A stretch of 64,000 bases of DNA from Syntrophorhabdaceae bacterium (GTDB taxonomy: Bacteria; Desulfobacterota; Syntrophorhabdia; Syntrophorhabdales; Syntrophorhabdaceae), in the NCBI GenBank assembly GCA_963666485.2, contig CAXXUO010000001.1, positions 1,248,001 through 1,312,000 on the forward strand, read 5' to 3'. This document shows positions 40,779 through 50,433 of this stretch, in pieces. The position numbers and the translations under genes are program-made. Within the stretch, counting starts at the first letter, position 1. Every line of letters begins with the position of its first letter. The notes under the pieces are model-generated. The model was not told where the DNA came from. It did no database searches and was given only the letters and a program-made list of their open reading frames with translations.

Positions 40779-41981
40779 ATGCCCCAATATCAATGGGAAG
40801 GGAAGACAGTTTCAGGCGAAACGCAGAAGGGCAGCACGAAGGCCGCATCGGTAGACCAGTTGCGCGCTCTCTTGAGACGAGACGGGATCATCCTTGGAAA
40901 TGCTGTTGAAAGCAAGGAAAAAGAATTCAAGTTCAATCCCAAAAAGAAGATAAAGAACCTTGAGATCCTGCTCTTCACCCGCCAGCTTTCAACCATGATC
41001 ACATCGGGGCTCCCGCTCGTGCAGTCCCTCGATATCCTGGGAAATCAGATCGAAGACCAGCACTTCAAGGGCATGGTAAAAGATATCAAGGAAAAAATCG
41101 AAGGCGGCTCCCGCTTTGCGGATGCATTGAGGGATTATCCGCAATGCTTCGACGAACTGTTCATCAACCTCGTCGTCGCCGGCGAAGAAGGCGGCCTTCT
41201 CGACAACGTCCTCCAGAGGCTTGCCATTTATATTGAAAAATCGGAAAAGCTGAAGAAGAAGGTAAAAAGCGCAATGATCTATCCGGTCGCGATCATTGTC
41301 GTTGCCCTCGTCGTCGTGATCGTCCTGCTTCTTTTCGTCATACCCGTTTTCGAAAAGATGTTTAAGGAAATGGGTGCCGAACTGCCCACTCCCACGGTGG
41401 TCGTCATCAAGATGAGCCAGTTCATGCAAACGTACTGGTATATCATCATCGGTTCTATCGTCGGCCTGGTCGTCGCCTTTAAGTATTATTACAAGACAGA
41501 GAACGGCCACCGCAGCATGGACCGTCTCATGCTGAAGCTTCCCCTGTTCGGGGTCCTCACCATCAAGGCATCCGTTGCCCGCGTAACAAGAACGCTGGCG
41601 ACACTCCTCATGAGCGGCGTCGCCATCCTCGAAAGCATGCTGATCGTTGCCAAGGTCGCCGGCAACAAGATCGTCGAAGAGGCGCTCATGGTTGCGCGTG
41701 CACGGATCAGTGAAGGCCGGACCATGGCGGAGCCCCTCGAACAGGCCGGTATCTTTCCCCCGATGGTCGTCCAGATGGTCCAGGTCGGAGAGTCTACCGG
41801 CGCCCTCGACAGCATGCTCAACAAGATCGCCGATTTTTACGAGGAAGATGTTGACAACCTGGTGACAAACCTCACCGCCATGATGGAGCCCATGATCATG
41901 GTCTTCCTCGGCGTCGTCCTCGGCGGCCTCATCATCGCAATGTACCTCCCGATCTTCAAACTCGGCCAAGCTGTCGGATAA
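40779..41981 (+). CDS. pilC: type IV pilus platform protein PilC (GspF family)
   Basis: FTRQLSTMI.SG, AGEEGG, SAMIYP, GESTGALD, AMYLPIF. Confidence 0.93.
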   Translation: MPQYQWEGKTVSGETQKGSTKAASVDQLRALLRRDGIILGNAVESKEKEFKFNPKKKIKNLEILLFTRQLSTMITSGLPLVQSLDILGNQIEDQHFKGMVKDIKEKIEGGSRFADALRDYPQCFDELFINLVVAGEEGGLLDNVLQRLAIYIEKSEKLKKKVKSAMIYPVAIIVVALVVVIVLLLFVIPVFEKMFKEMGAELPTPTVVVIKMSQFMQTYWYIIIGSIVGLVVAFKYYYKTENGHRSMDRLMLKLPLFGVLTIKASVARVTRTLATLLMSGVAILESMLIVAKVAGNKIVEEALMVARARISEGRTMAEPLEQAGIFPPMVVQMVQVGESTGALDSMLNKIADFYEEDVDNLVTNLTAMMEPMIMVFLGVVLGGLIIAMYLPIFKLGQAVG

Positions 41982-41985
41982 AGCA

Positions 41986-42295
41986 AAAAGACCTCTCTCG
42001 CCCGCTTCGCTCGAGCTCACAGAGGTCACAGAGAACTGCGAAGGGGAAAGACTTTGCCGGCTGGTCGCGGAGCCGACCACGACCAGCCGGCACTTTCGTC
42101 GGCTTCGCCGAAGAAAAGAAAAAAAACAATACAAGGAATATTAACAGTCCAAGTGATCCTCCTGCCGAAGGCAGGATCGAAGATGCCGCGGGAGGCTGGT
42201 CGGCTCCGGGCTCCCGCGGCCTCCGCCTTTCTCCGCGAACTCCGTGAACTTTAGAGAGGAGCTTTAGCGACGAACGGGCGAGAGAATGTTCTTTT
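41986..42295. other. dyad-symmetric structured intergenic element (MITE-like or ncRNA)
   Basis: Terminal IR TCTCTCGCCCG/CGGGCGAGAGA; inverted 9-mer repeats; two hairpins with complementary 12-nt loops. Confidence 0.7.
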
Positions 42296-43277
42296 ATCCT
42301 TCGAACCTGGCGACCATGCCGAGGTCGCGTATCATTTCGAGGTCGGCTGCCGTGTCTCGTCCGAGGGTTGTGAGGTAGTTGCCGGTCAGCAATGAATTGC
42401 ATCCGGCGACCATGGCGAGGGGGAGGAGCTGCCGCAGGTTTTTTTCCTTGCCCCCGCAAAGTTTAATGTCCTTGTCGGGGAGAATGAAGCGGTACAGTGC
42501 CACGGTCAGGAGAATTTCAATCGGTGTGAGGGAGGGTTCTTTTTCAAGCGGGGTGCCGGGGATGGCGTTCAGGATGTTGATGGGAACGGAATCGACATTG
42601 AGCTCCCGCAAGGTCATTGCCATCTCGATACGGTGCTCCATTTTTTCTCCGAGCCCTATTATTCCGCCGGAGCATACGGTGAGCCCGGCTTCCCGGGCTA
42701 TCCGCACTGTGTCGGTATCTTCCTTGTATTCATGGGTCGAGCAGATGTTGTCGAAAAAGCTGCGGGACGTCTCCAGGTTGTGATGGTACCGGTAGAGACC
42801 TGCCGATTTGAGGTTGCGGGCCGTTGTCTCATCGAGCATCCCGAGGGAGCCGCAGGGTTTTATTCCCATTTCATTCAGGAGTTCTATCGCACGGTAAATG
42901 GTCTTCCACTCGTCATCCGTTTCGATCCGCGTGCCGCTCGTGACGATGCTGAACATGTGCACACCGCTGTCAAGGGCCGCGCGGCCCCTTTCAGCGATCT
43001 CCTGCGCGGACACGAGAGGGTATACGGGCGCATCGGTGTGATAGTGGGCCGACTGTGCGCAAAAACGGCAGTTTTCGGGACACACTCCCGATTTTGCGTT
43101 GATGATGCCGCAGAGGTTCACGGAGTTTCCCTTGAAATGTTCCCGTATCTTCGACGCCCTGGCCAGAAGTCCGAAAACATCTTTCCGTCCTTCCGTGTAC
43201 AGGTCGATTGCGTCCTTTACCGTGATCGATCGCGAAGCGATCGCCTGGTCGGCAAGCGTGTCAAAAAGAGATGCCAT
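42294..43277 (-). CDS. bioB: biotin synthase
   Basis: KSGVCPENCRFCAQS, YHHNLET, SVPIN, GNYLTT. Confidence 0.96.
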   Translation of the reverse strand: MASLFDTLADQAIASRSITVKDAIDLYTEGRKDVFGLLARASKIREHFKGNSVNLCGIINAKSGVCPENCRFCAQSAHYHTDAPVYPLVSAQEIAERGRAALDSGVHMFSIVTSGTRIETDDEWKTIYRAIELLNEMGIKPCGSLGMLDETTARNLKSAGLYRYHHNLETSRSFFDNICSTHEYKEDTDTVRIAREAGLTVCSGGIIGLGEKMEHRIEMAMTLRELNVDSVPINILNAIPGTPLEKEPSLTPIEILLTVALYRFILPDKDIKLCGGKEKNLRQLLPLAMVAGCNSLLTGNYLTTLGRDTAADLEMIRDLGMVARFEG

Positions 43278-43328
43278 AATACCATTCCTCCAACGTAGAA
43301 TAAGCAGATGTAATGTAAGGCCGGAAGT

Positions 43329-43357
43329 AGTTAACCAGTCTGGATTTTAGATTAACA
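43329..43357 (-). promoter_or_regulatory. candidate BirA operator upstream of bioB
   Basis: Minus strand TGTTAAT-N15-GTTAACT versus BirA consensus TGTtAAC-N14-16-GTTaACA. Confidence 0.55.
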
Positions 43358-44659
43358 CGATGGGGTATTTTTTTCCAGTTCCATCTCGTCTTTCCACGCC
43401 CGGATATCCCCAAGGCATCGCTCGACAGAAATTTCCTTCGTCTTCTTGGAATAGCCTTCGAAAAGGCCGAAGTTGATATTCATCGGCTGGAAATTCTTGT
43501 TTTCGGTGGTCAGGTACCTGATAAGGGCGCCCGAACTCGTGGTGGGGGGAGGAGGACGAAAGTCCCGGCCGTGCGCGAAAAGAAAAGCCGAGATCCCCGC
43601 CACAAGCCCCATCAGTGTCGATTCCATGTACCCTTCGACACCGGTGATCTGGCCGGCGAGAAATATTCTTTTATCTTCCTTGAGCTGAAGTCTTTCGTTG
43701 AGGCACAGCGGCGCATTGACGTAAGTGTTCCTGTGGATGCTCCCGTACCTCAGGAAAACGGCATTTTTCAGGGCCGGTACCATCCTGAAGACGCGGTCCT
43801 GTTCGGGGTATTTCATCCTGGTCTGGAAGCCGACGAGATTGAGCATATTTCCCGATGCGTTCTCTTTCCTGAGCTGTACGACGGCGTACGGGCGCCTGCC
43901 GTCGCGCGGATCGACGAGTCCCACCGGTTTCATAGGCCCGAATGCAAGGGTTTTCTTCCCCCTTTCGGCGAGGACCTCCACGGGGAGGCACCCCTCGAAA
44001 TAGGCGGTATTCTCGAAGTCCTTGAGGTGCATCCTTTCCGCGTGAACGAGGGCCTCGTGAAACCTGTCATATTCATCGTACGAGAGCGGGCAATTGAGGT
44101 AATCCCCCGTCTCATCCTTGCTCCAGCGGGACGCGTAAAAGGAGTGTTCCCGGTCTACGCTTTCCGCGTCGACGATCGGCGAGATAGCATCATAGAAAAA
44201 AAGATTTCCGGAATGGGTCAACTCTTTGATTGCTTCGGCGAGAGGGCCGCTCGTGAGCGGTCCCGATGCGATGATAACAACACCATCGGGGATGCGTGTC
44301 ACTTCCCGACGAACGATGCGGATCCGCGGGTTATTTTCTGTTCTCTGTGTCAGTTCGGCGGCAAACCGTTCCCGGTCCACGACAAGGGCCTTACCCCCGG
44401 GTATCGCCGTCTTCCCGGCCGCCTCCATTACGACCGAACCGAGAATGCGCAGCTCCTCCTTGAGGAGCCCGTGGGCGTTCGCGAGGTCCATTGACTTCAG
44501 GGAATTGCTGCAGACGAGCTCGCCGAAAAGCCCGCTCCTGTGTGCGGGCGTCGTGACGGCGGGCCGCATCTCGTAGAGGACCGCATCGGCCCCCAACCGG
44601 GTGACTTGATGGGCTGCCTCAACCCCGGCAAGCCCGCCCCCGATTACCGCGATTTCCAT
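43352..44659 (-). CDS. trmFO: folate-dependent tRNA m5U54 methyltransferase
   Basis: GGGLAG, ELVCSNS, FGPMKPVGL, HRNTY, GVEGY, QPMNINFG. Confidence 0.96.
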   Translation of the reverse strand: MEIAVIGGGLAGVEAAHQVTRLGADAVLYEMRPAVTTPAHRSGLFGELVCSNSLKSMDLANAHGLLKEELRILGSVVMEAAGKTAIPGGKALVVDRERFAAELTQRTENNPRIRIVRREVTRIPDGVVIIASGPLTSGPLAEAIKELTHSGNLFFYDAISPIVDAESVDREHSFYASRWSKDETGDYLNCPLSYDEYDRFHEALVHAERMHLKDFENTAYFEGCLPVEVLAERGKKTLAFGPMKPVGLVDPRDGRRPYAVVQLRKENASGNMLNLVGFQTRMKYPEQDRVFRMVPALKNAVFLRYGSIHRNTYVNAPLCLNERLQLKEDKRIFLAGQITGVEGYMESTLMGLVAGISAFLFAHGRDFRPPPPTTSSGALIRYLTTENKNFQPMNINFGLFEGYSKKTKEISVERCLGDIRAWKDEMELEKNTPSC

Positions 44660-46875
44660 CCGCAGTCCTTACGAAGGCAGTACAGGTTCTTCCGGAACGA
44701 GAAAAGGGTGGGTGCGCCGCATGTGGGGCATTCCCCCTCCGCCGGCTCCTTGTTTGTTGCGAATGAACATTTGGGATATTCCGAACAGCTGATGAACTTC
44801 TTCTTCTTTTTCGACGTTTTCTCGACGAGCTTGCCCGTGCATCCCTCCATCGGGCACGCGAATCCCAGTGAAAAGGCCTGGGTATGCTTGCATTCCGGGT
44901 AATTGCTGCAGGCGAGGAACCGCCCGAACCGGCCTTTCTTCTCGATGAGCTTCCCGCCGCACGCCGGGCAGACGCCATGTGAAACGCTTTCGATGATCGT
45001 TATTCTTCCGTCAGGCTCAGTCCTGGCATTTTTCTTGTTCTTGCATTCCGGCTTGCCTGAGCACACGAGGTATTCACCGCTCTTGCCCCATCTCAGGAGC
45101 ATTGTCTTGCCGCACGTGTCGCAGATGATATCGGTCTCTTTCTCCTCTTTCTTGAGGCTCTTCATCCGCTGCTGCGCGCTTTGGAGCTCTCCCTCGAAAG
45201 ACGAATTGAATTTCTCGAGCGATCGTACCCAGTCCTTTTTGCCATCCTCTATCTCGTCGAGCCTCACTTCCATCTTTGCCGTGAAACCGACGTCGAGGAC
45301 GGTCGGGAAGAATTCGGAAAGAAGCCTGTTCACCGTTCTGCCGAGCAGCGTGGGCACGAGCCGGCCTTTTTCCCTGGTCACGTAATCGCGTTCCTGCACC
45401 GTGCTGACGATCGTGGCGTATGTCGACGGCCTTCCGATACCCTTGCTTTCCAGCGTCCTGATAAGCGACGCCTCGGAATAACGGGGCGGGGGGTTCGTGA
45501 ATCGCTGCTCCATCAGGGTGTCTTTGTGGGTAAGTGCCTGCCCTTTCCTGACATCGGGAAGGGTTGCCACCGCTTCCTCGTCCTCACCGATCTCTTCGTA
45601 TATCTTCGTGAACCCGTCGAATAGCACGGTATTGCCCCTCGCGACAAAGATGTAGTCGCCCACCGCCACGTCAACTGTCTTTGTTTCGATTTTTTTCTGG
45701 GTCATCTGCGACGACACGAAACGCTTCCAGATGAGGTCGTACAGGGCGAAGAGCTCTTTGTCGAGATAGCGCTTCACCTTATCGGGTGTATAGAAAACGG
45801 AGGTCGGGCGAATCGCTTCGTGTGCATCCTGTGCGGATTTTCTGTTCCTGAAAAAGTTCGGTTTTTCCGGAAGGTAGTTCTCGGGGTAGCCATTCTTTAT
45901 ATATTGCCGGGCCTCGCCGACCGCCTCCATGGACACGCGGACAGAGTCGGTCCTCATATAGGTGATGAGGCCTACGGAGCCATCATCGCCGATATCGACG
46001 CCCTCATAGAGCCTCTGTGCGAGCATCATCGTGCGCTTCGGCGACATGCGCAGCATCCTCGATGCTTCCTGCTGAAGCCGGCTCGTGATGAATGCGGGCT
46101 GCGGGGAGATGCTCTTTTCCTTGTGTTCTATTTTGGCGACCGTGAATTCCTTGCCGGTTATGTATCTTTTTACTTCCTCGGCTTCGGCCTGCGATGTTAT
46201 TTTCAGTTTTTCACCAGTCTTGCGGCCGCTGTTTTCACCGGCCCTGCGGTCGAGCGTCGCTCTGAATGTCTCGCCGGACGGCAGTTCCAGGAGGGCGTCC
46301 ACGACCCAGTATTCTTCTTTTACGAAATTCTCGATCTCTGTTTCCCGGTCGCATACGAGGCGAAGTGCGACCGATTGTACCCGCCCCGCCGACAATCCGT
46401 AGCTTACCCTCTCCCACAGGAGGGGGCTTATCTTGTACCCGACGAGACGGTCGAGAATGCGCCGCGCTTTTTGCGCGTTGTATTTCGCTATGTCCAGTTT
46501 CAGGGGCGTCTTCATTGCGTCGAGGACGCCCTTCTTTGTTATCTCGTGGAAGAGGACCCGCTCGATCCGGTCCTGTTTGCCGATAACCTCGGCCACGTGA
46601 AAGGCGATCGCCTCTCCTTCGCGGTCGGGGTCCGACCCTATCAGGATCCTTTCCGCATCCTTGCCCGCCTTCTTTATTTCATCGACGACCTTCGATTTTC
46701 CCTTCAGGATATGAAAGTGGGGCTTGAACCCTTCGTCCACGTCCACACCCAGCTTGCTTTTCGGAAGGTCCTTGATATGGCCGTATGTCGCCTTTATAAC
46801 GAAATCTTTCCCCAGGTACTTTGAAAGGGTCTTCATTTTCGTCGGGGACTCGACCACAAGCAACGATTTTCCCAT
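44644..46875 (-). CDS. topA: DNA topoisomerase I
   Basis: VESPTK, DPDREGE, SAGRVQS, ITYMRTD, C-terminal zinc ribbons. Confidence 0.97.
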   Translation of the reverse strand: MGKSLLVVESPTKMKTLSKYLGKDFVIKATYGHIKDLPKSKLGVDVDEGFKPHFHILKGKSKVVDEIKKAGKDAERILIGSDPDREGEAIAFHVAEVIGKQDRIERVLFHEITKKGVLDAMKTPLKLDIAKYNAQKARRILDRLVGYKISPLLWERVSYGLSAGRVQSVALRLVCDRETEIENFVKEEYWVVDALLELPSGETFRATLDRRAGENSGRKTGEKLKITSQAEAEEVKRYITGKEFTVAKIEHKEKSISPQPAFITSRLQQEASRMLRMSPKRTMMLAQRLYEGVDIGDDGSVGLITYMRTDSVRVSMEAVGEARQYIKNGYPENYLPEKPNFFRNRKSAQDAHEAIRPTSVFYTPDKVKRYLDKELFALYDLIWKRFVSSQMTQKKIETKTVDVAVGDYIFVARGNTVLFDGFTKIYEEIGEDEEAVATLPDVRKGQALTHKDTLMEQRFTNPPPRYSEASLIRTLESKGIGRPSTYATIVSTVQERDYVTREKGRLVPTLLGRTVNRLLSEFFPTVLDVGFTAKMEVRLDEIEDGKKDWVRSLEKFNSSFEGELQSAQQRMKSLKKEEKETDIICDTCGKTMLLRWGKSGEYLVCSGKPECKNKKNARTEPDGRITIIESVSHGVCPACGGKLIEKKGRFGRFLACSNYPECKHTQAFSLGFACPMEGCTGKLVEKTSKKKKKFISCSEYPKCSFATNKEPAEGECPTCGAPTLFSFRKNLYCLRKDCGWKSR

Positions 46876-46922
46876 GAACTCTCCTCTTTTATCTCAAATC
46901 CCGGCAATGCCGGGATATGTTT

Positions 46923-47975
46923 CTATCGGCGCACGAAGAAGCCGCCCGGCGCTTCCGCTACGATATCCCTCATCACGAGGCGCGTCAGTACTGCCATAAC
47001 ATCCTTCGTATCCATACCGCTTCTTTCTATTACCTCATCTGCATGTATCTTTTCAAATCCTATCAGAGAATATACTTTGTTTTCGCCGCTGTCCAGTTCA
47101 ACCGGTTTTTGCGCAACCGGCCTGACATGCGGAAAACATGCGGCGAGGACGTCCTCGACGGAGTCGACAAGGCGGGCCCCGTCCTTGATAAGCCTGTTGG
47201 AGCCGGTATGCTCGGTCTTGAGCACGCTTCCGGGCATTGCCATCACTTCCCTGCCGTATTCAAGGGCAAGCCGGGCGGTGATGAGAGAGCCGCTCCGTGC
47301 CGTCGCCTCCACAACGAGGACCCCGCGGGACATACCCGCTATGATGCGGTTGCGCTCGGGAAAATGATGCGGCAGCGGTGGTTCACCGGGTGCGTACTCG
47401 GTGATTATAAGACCTTCCCGCCCGATCTTTTCGAAGAGGTCCCTGTTCTCGGCCGGGTAGCAGGTGTCTATCCCGCACCCGAGGACGGCAACGGTCTTTC
47501 CGTCCCCCTCAAGCGCCCGGGAGTGCGCCGCCGCATCGATGCCTCGCGCAAGGCCGCTGACAACGGTGATGCCGGCGGACGACAACGTGTCGCCTATCTT
47601 TCCGGAAATAGCCATACCTTCGGCCGATGCCCTGCGGGAGCCGACTATGGCGATAGCATCCTGCCCGGGCTTGAAGGCCCCCCTGGCATACAGCACTATC
47701 GGGGCATCCGGGATGTGTTTCAAAAGCGGCGGATAATCGTCATCCTTCAGCGTGATCACGCGGGCGCCGATCCTGTCGAGGTCCTCGAGGTCCCCGTCAA
47801 TGCCCTTCCAGTCGCCAAACCGGGCGGATATCCCGGCAGGCGCGGGTCTTCCTTCGCCGCGGCCCGGATCGAAGATACCGGTAATATCGTCGTATGCGTC
47901 GCAGATCAGTCGTTTTGCGAGGCGGTTTAAGCCCTTGACCCTTGAAAGGGCCATGAATGCACGTATCTCATCCAT
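46923..47975 (-). CDS. dprA: DNA processing protein DprA
   Basis: AIVGSR, VSGLARGID, FPERNRIIAG, SGSLITA. Confidence 0.95.
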   Translation of the reverse strand: MDEIRAFMALSRVKGLNRLAKRLICDAYDDITGIFDPGRGEGRPAPAGISARFGDWKGIDGDLEDLDRIGARVITLKDDDYPPLLKHIPDAPIVLYARGAFKPGQDAIAIVGSRRASAEGMAISGKIGDTLSSAGITVVSGLARGIDAAAHSRALEGDGKTVAVLGCGIDTCYPAENRDLFEKIGREGLIITEYAPGEPPLPHHFPERNRIIAGMSRGVLVVEATARSGSLITARLALEYGREVMAMPGSVLKTEHTGSNRLIKDGARLVDSVEDVLAACFPHVRPVAQKPVELDSGENKVYSLIGFEKIHADEVIERSGMDTKDVMAVLTRLVMRDIVAEAPGGFFVRR

Positions 47976-48039
47976 GTGATCGTACTTATTTTCTCCATCC
48001 GGGTGACCTTGCCGGGTGCCACGGGTTCGGGTATACGTA

Positions 48040-48669
48040 TCAGCCCGGGTCTTTCTTTAAAAGCTCGTCATAATAGAAGGTGAACAAATCGTACACCTCG
48101 TGCGCCGTGAGAGCCCGCGAAAGACTGTCCCGCCACCAGCGGTCGCTTTTGAAATAACTGACTTTGAGGGGCTTTATCATGTACAGGGTCCCGCCCGTGT
48201 CCCGGGAATATATCAGGTGATATCTCCGGGCAGCGTATTCCGGGACGATGACAATGACCTTCTTAAGGCCCGCAGCCTTAAGCTTTTTCTTGAGTTCGGA
48301 TGGCCGCGCCGCACCGCGGTTGCCCGGGTCCACCGTTTTGATGATGCTCTCTTTCACTCCCCGGGCCTGTGCCATCTGATGTAAGATGGCCCCGATGTCC
48401 TTTCCGAGGAGCTTGTCGTTTTCGACGAATATGGCCGCCCCATTCCCGGCAAAGTATTCACGGAATGCATCGCCGTAGAGTTCCCCGTTCTTGTCCTCAT
48501 GGAATCGCGGGACGAAGATCGCGTCAGCGGCCACGATCGCGTCATCGTACCGCAGGAATTTCGCAACGAATTTGAGGCTGACAGGGTGGAATCCGAGGCC
48601 CACTGCGACCATTATGACAACAAGGATAGCGACGAGGCATCCGCAGCCGGCCTTCCCTTTATCGTTCAT
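48040..48669 (-). CDS. membrane-anchored protein, degenerate YdcF/DUF218-like
   Basis: N-terminal TM; ADAIFV, VIVIVPEYAARR, WW..E pattern. Confidence 0.55.
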   Translation of the reverse strand: MNDKGKAGCGCLVAILVVIMVAVGLGFHPVSLKFVAKFLRYDDAIVAADAIFVPRFHEDKNGELYGDAFREYFAGNGAAIFVENDKLLGKDIGAILHQMAQARGVKESIIKTVDPGNRGAARPSELKKKLKAAGLKKVIVIVPEYAARRYHLIYSRDTGGTLYMIKPLKVSYFKSDRWWRDSLSRALTAHEVYDLFTFYYDELLKKDPG

Positions 48670-48720
48670 ATCGTTCTTGCCTTTCTATAGTAGCAGGGCC
48701 GGTCAGCGATCATCCAATGT

Positions 48721-49458
48721 TCACGGCCGGGCCGATTCGTAGAGTATGACCGAAAGGACCACGAGCGGCGTCGTCTCGGCGCGGAGAATATTCTCCCCGA
48801 GCGTGCATGCGGTGAAGCCGTTTTCCTTGAGAAACGTGATCTCTTCTTCCTCGATGCCGCCCTCGGGCCCTATGACCACGCATGTCACATCCCCCGTTTT
48901 CGTGCCGAACACATCCTTCAGTGTCGTATCCCTCTCTTTTTCGTAAAGGACGACGCGTCTCGCCGCATCCCCGATAAGGTCGGCAATGCCGCGCAGAGGG
49001 GTCGGATCGGCGATCTCGGGGATAGTGAACCTCCCCGACTGGCGTGAGGCCTCGATCGAGATCCGCTTCCACCTGTCGATCTTCTCTCCCCCGTTCTCGC
49101 TGAACTTTATAAGGGTCCTTCTGAATATCACGGGAACTATCTTTTCAGCACCGAGCTCGGTTGCCTTTTCGATAAGCCAGTCCATCCTCGGTCCCTTGAT
49201 CGGGCTCACACAGAGGATGACCCGGGACCGCTTTTCCTGCGGATTATGCACGACGTCAAGGATCTGGAGGAAAAGCTCCTTGCCCTTTATGCTCTGGATG
49301 GTCGATCGATAGAGGTATCCCTTTCCGTCTATGATATCGATCCTGTCGCCCGGACCTTTTCTGAGCACCCCGGTAACATATTTGTGCACGGGGCCCGTGA
49401 CGAGGACCATCCCGTTCTTTATTTTCAATTTATCGACAAAAACGCGTCGTATTTCCAT
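48721..49458 (-). CDS. rsmE: 16S rRNA m3U1498 methyltransferase
   Basis: KATELG, EASRQSGR, IGPEGG, LGENILRAETT. Confidence 0.95.
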   Translation of the reverse strand: MEIRRVFVDKLKIKNGMVLVTGPVHKYVTGVLRKGPGDRIDIIDGKGYLYRSTIQSIKGKELFLQILDVVHNPQEKRSRVILCVSPIKGPRMDWLIEKATELGAEKIVPVIFRRTLIKFSENGGEKIDRWKRISIEASRQSGRFTIPEIADPTPLRGIADLIGDAARRVVLYEKERDTTLKDVFGTKTGDVTCVVIGPEGGIEEEEITFLKENGFTACTLGENILRAETTPLVVLSVILYESARP

Positions 49459-49479
49459 CCGGTTTCAGCGCTCTTCTTT

Positions 49480-50433
49480 TTAGTTTATTTTGAAGAATTT
49501 CGCCTCGTACAGGCGATGGTATTCACTCCAGCGGTCATCGGCCATATTGTCGCGCATGTGTTCCTTGACGCCCATCACTTTCGAATCGAGGTTGTCGAGG
49601 TGATGAACGATAAGGGCCTCGGGGAACATGGGCTTTTTGGGCGAGCCCCATTCTTCAAGCCCGTGATGGCTTATAATAATATGCGTGAGGATATCGGTCA
49701 ATTCCTGCGGGAACCCGTCGACGCGCCCGATCAGGTCTTCGAGGAGCATCACGCCGAGCGTTATATGACCGAGAAGGCGGCCGCGGTCGGTAAATCTGAA
49801 GCCCCGTGTTATTTCGAGTTCCTGTGTCTTTCCTATGTCATGAAAGATCGACCCGGCCGTGATGATATCACGGTCACCCCCGATGAGCGGTGCGATGGCC
49901 ATGCCCATCTTCGCACACGCGAGGCAATGTTCGAGAAGTCCCCCTACGTAGACATGATGCACCCCGGTCGACGCCGGATAGGTCAGGAATTTAGCCTTCA
50001 GTTGCACGTCGTTATTAAAGACGTCGAAAAGTTTTTTCAGGTGTTCGTTCCGGATGCCCGAAACGATCTCATCGTATTCTTTTTCCAGGACGGTCCTCGG
50101 CTTGTCGCCGCAGGGGTAGAAGTGCTCCATCTCGCACACGGCGAATTCGTTATCGAGCCTTTTGATATAAGTGATGTGAAGCTGTATCTTCCCCTGGTAT
50201 TCTTCCGTCTTGGATTGAACCGAGACTATGTCGCCCTTCTCAAAAAGGCGTTCGAAGTCACTGACATTCTTCCAAACCCGGCCTTCGATGGACCCGGTGG
50301 AGTCTTTGAGACCTATCATCATGTACCGCGAGCCGTTCCTGGCCGTGTATGTGCCCTTTTTTGTAACGATAAAAAGGTCATTCACCTCGTCCCCACCGCG
50401 GGTTATGTCCTGCACAAACCTTGTTTTACTCAC
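49480..50433 (-). CDS. yhaM: 3'-5' exoribonuclease YhaM/Cbf1 (OB + HD)
   Basis: HHVYVGGLLEH, HDIGK, GRLLGHI, SHHG. Confidence 0.88.
   Translation of the reverse strand: MSKTRFVQDITRGGDEVNDLFIVTKKGTYTARNGSRYMMIGLKDSTGSIEGRVWKNVSDFERLFEKGDIVSVQSKTEEYQGKIQLHITYIKRLDNEFAVCEMEHFYPCGDKPRTVLEKEYDEIVSGIRNEHLKKLFDVFNNDVQLKAKFLTYPASTGVHHVYVGGLLEHCLACAKMGMAIAPLIGGDRDIITAGSIFHDIGKTQELEITRGFRFTDRGRLLGHITLGVMLLEDLIGRVDGFPQELTDILTHIIISHHGLEEWGSPKKPMFPEALIVHHLDNLDSKVMGVKEHMRDNMADDRWSEYHRLYEAKFFKIN

Noticed and set aside
41956..42459. ORFs across the pilC-bioB gap
   Set aside because: Low-complexity translations of the structured element, without RBS or recognisable motifs
46898..46916. Palindrome ATCCCGGCAATGCCGGGAT before topA
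   Set aside because: Single short hairpin, possibly a REP remnant; no further support
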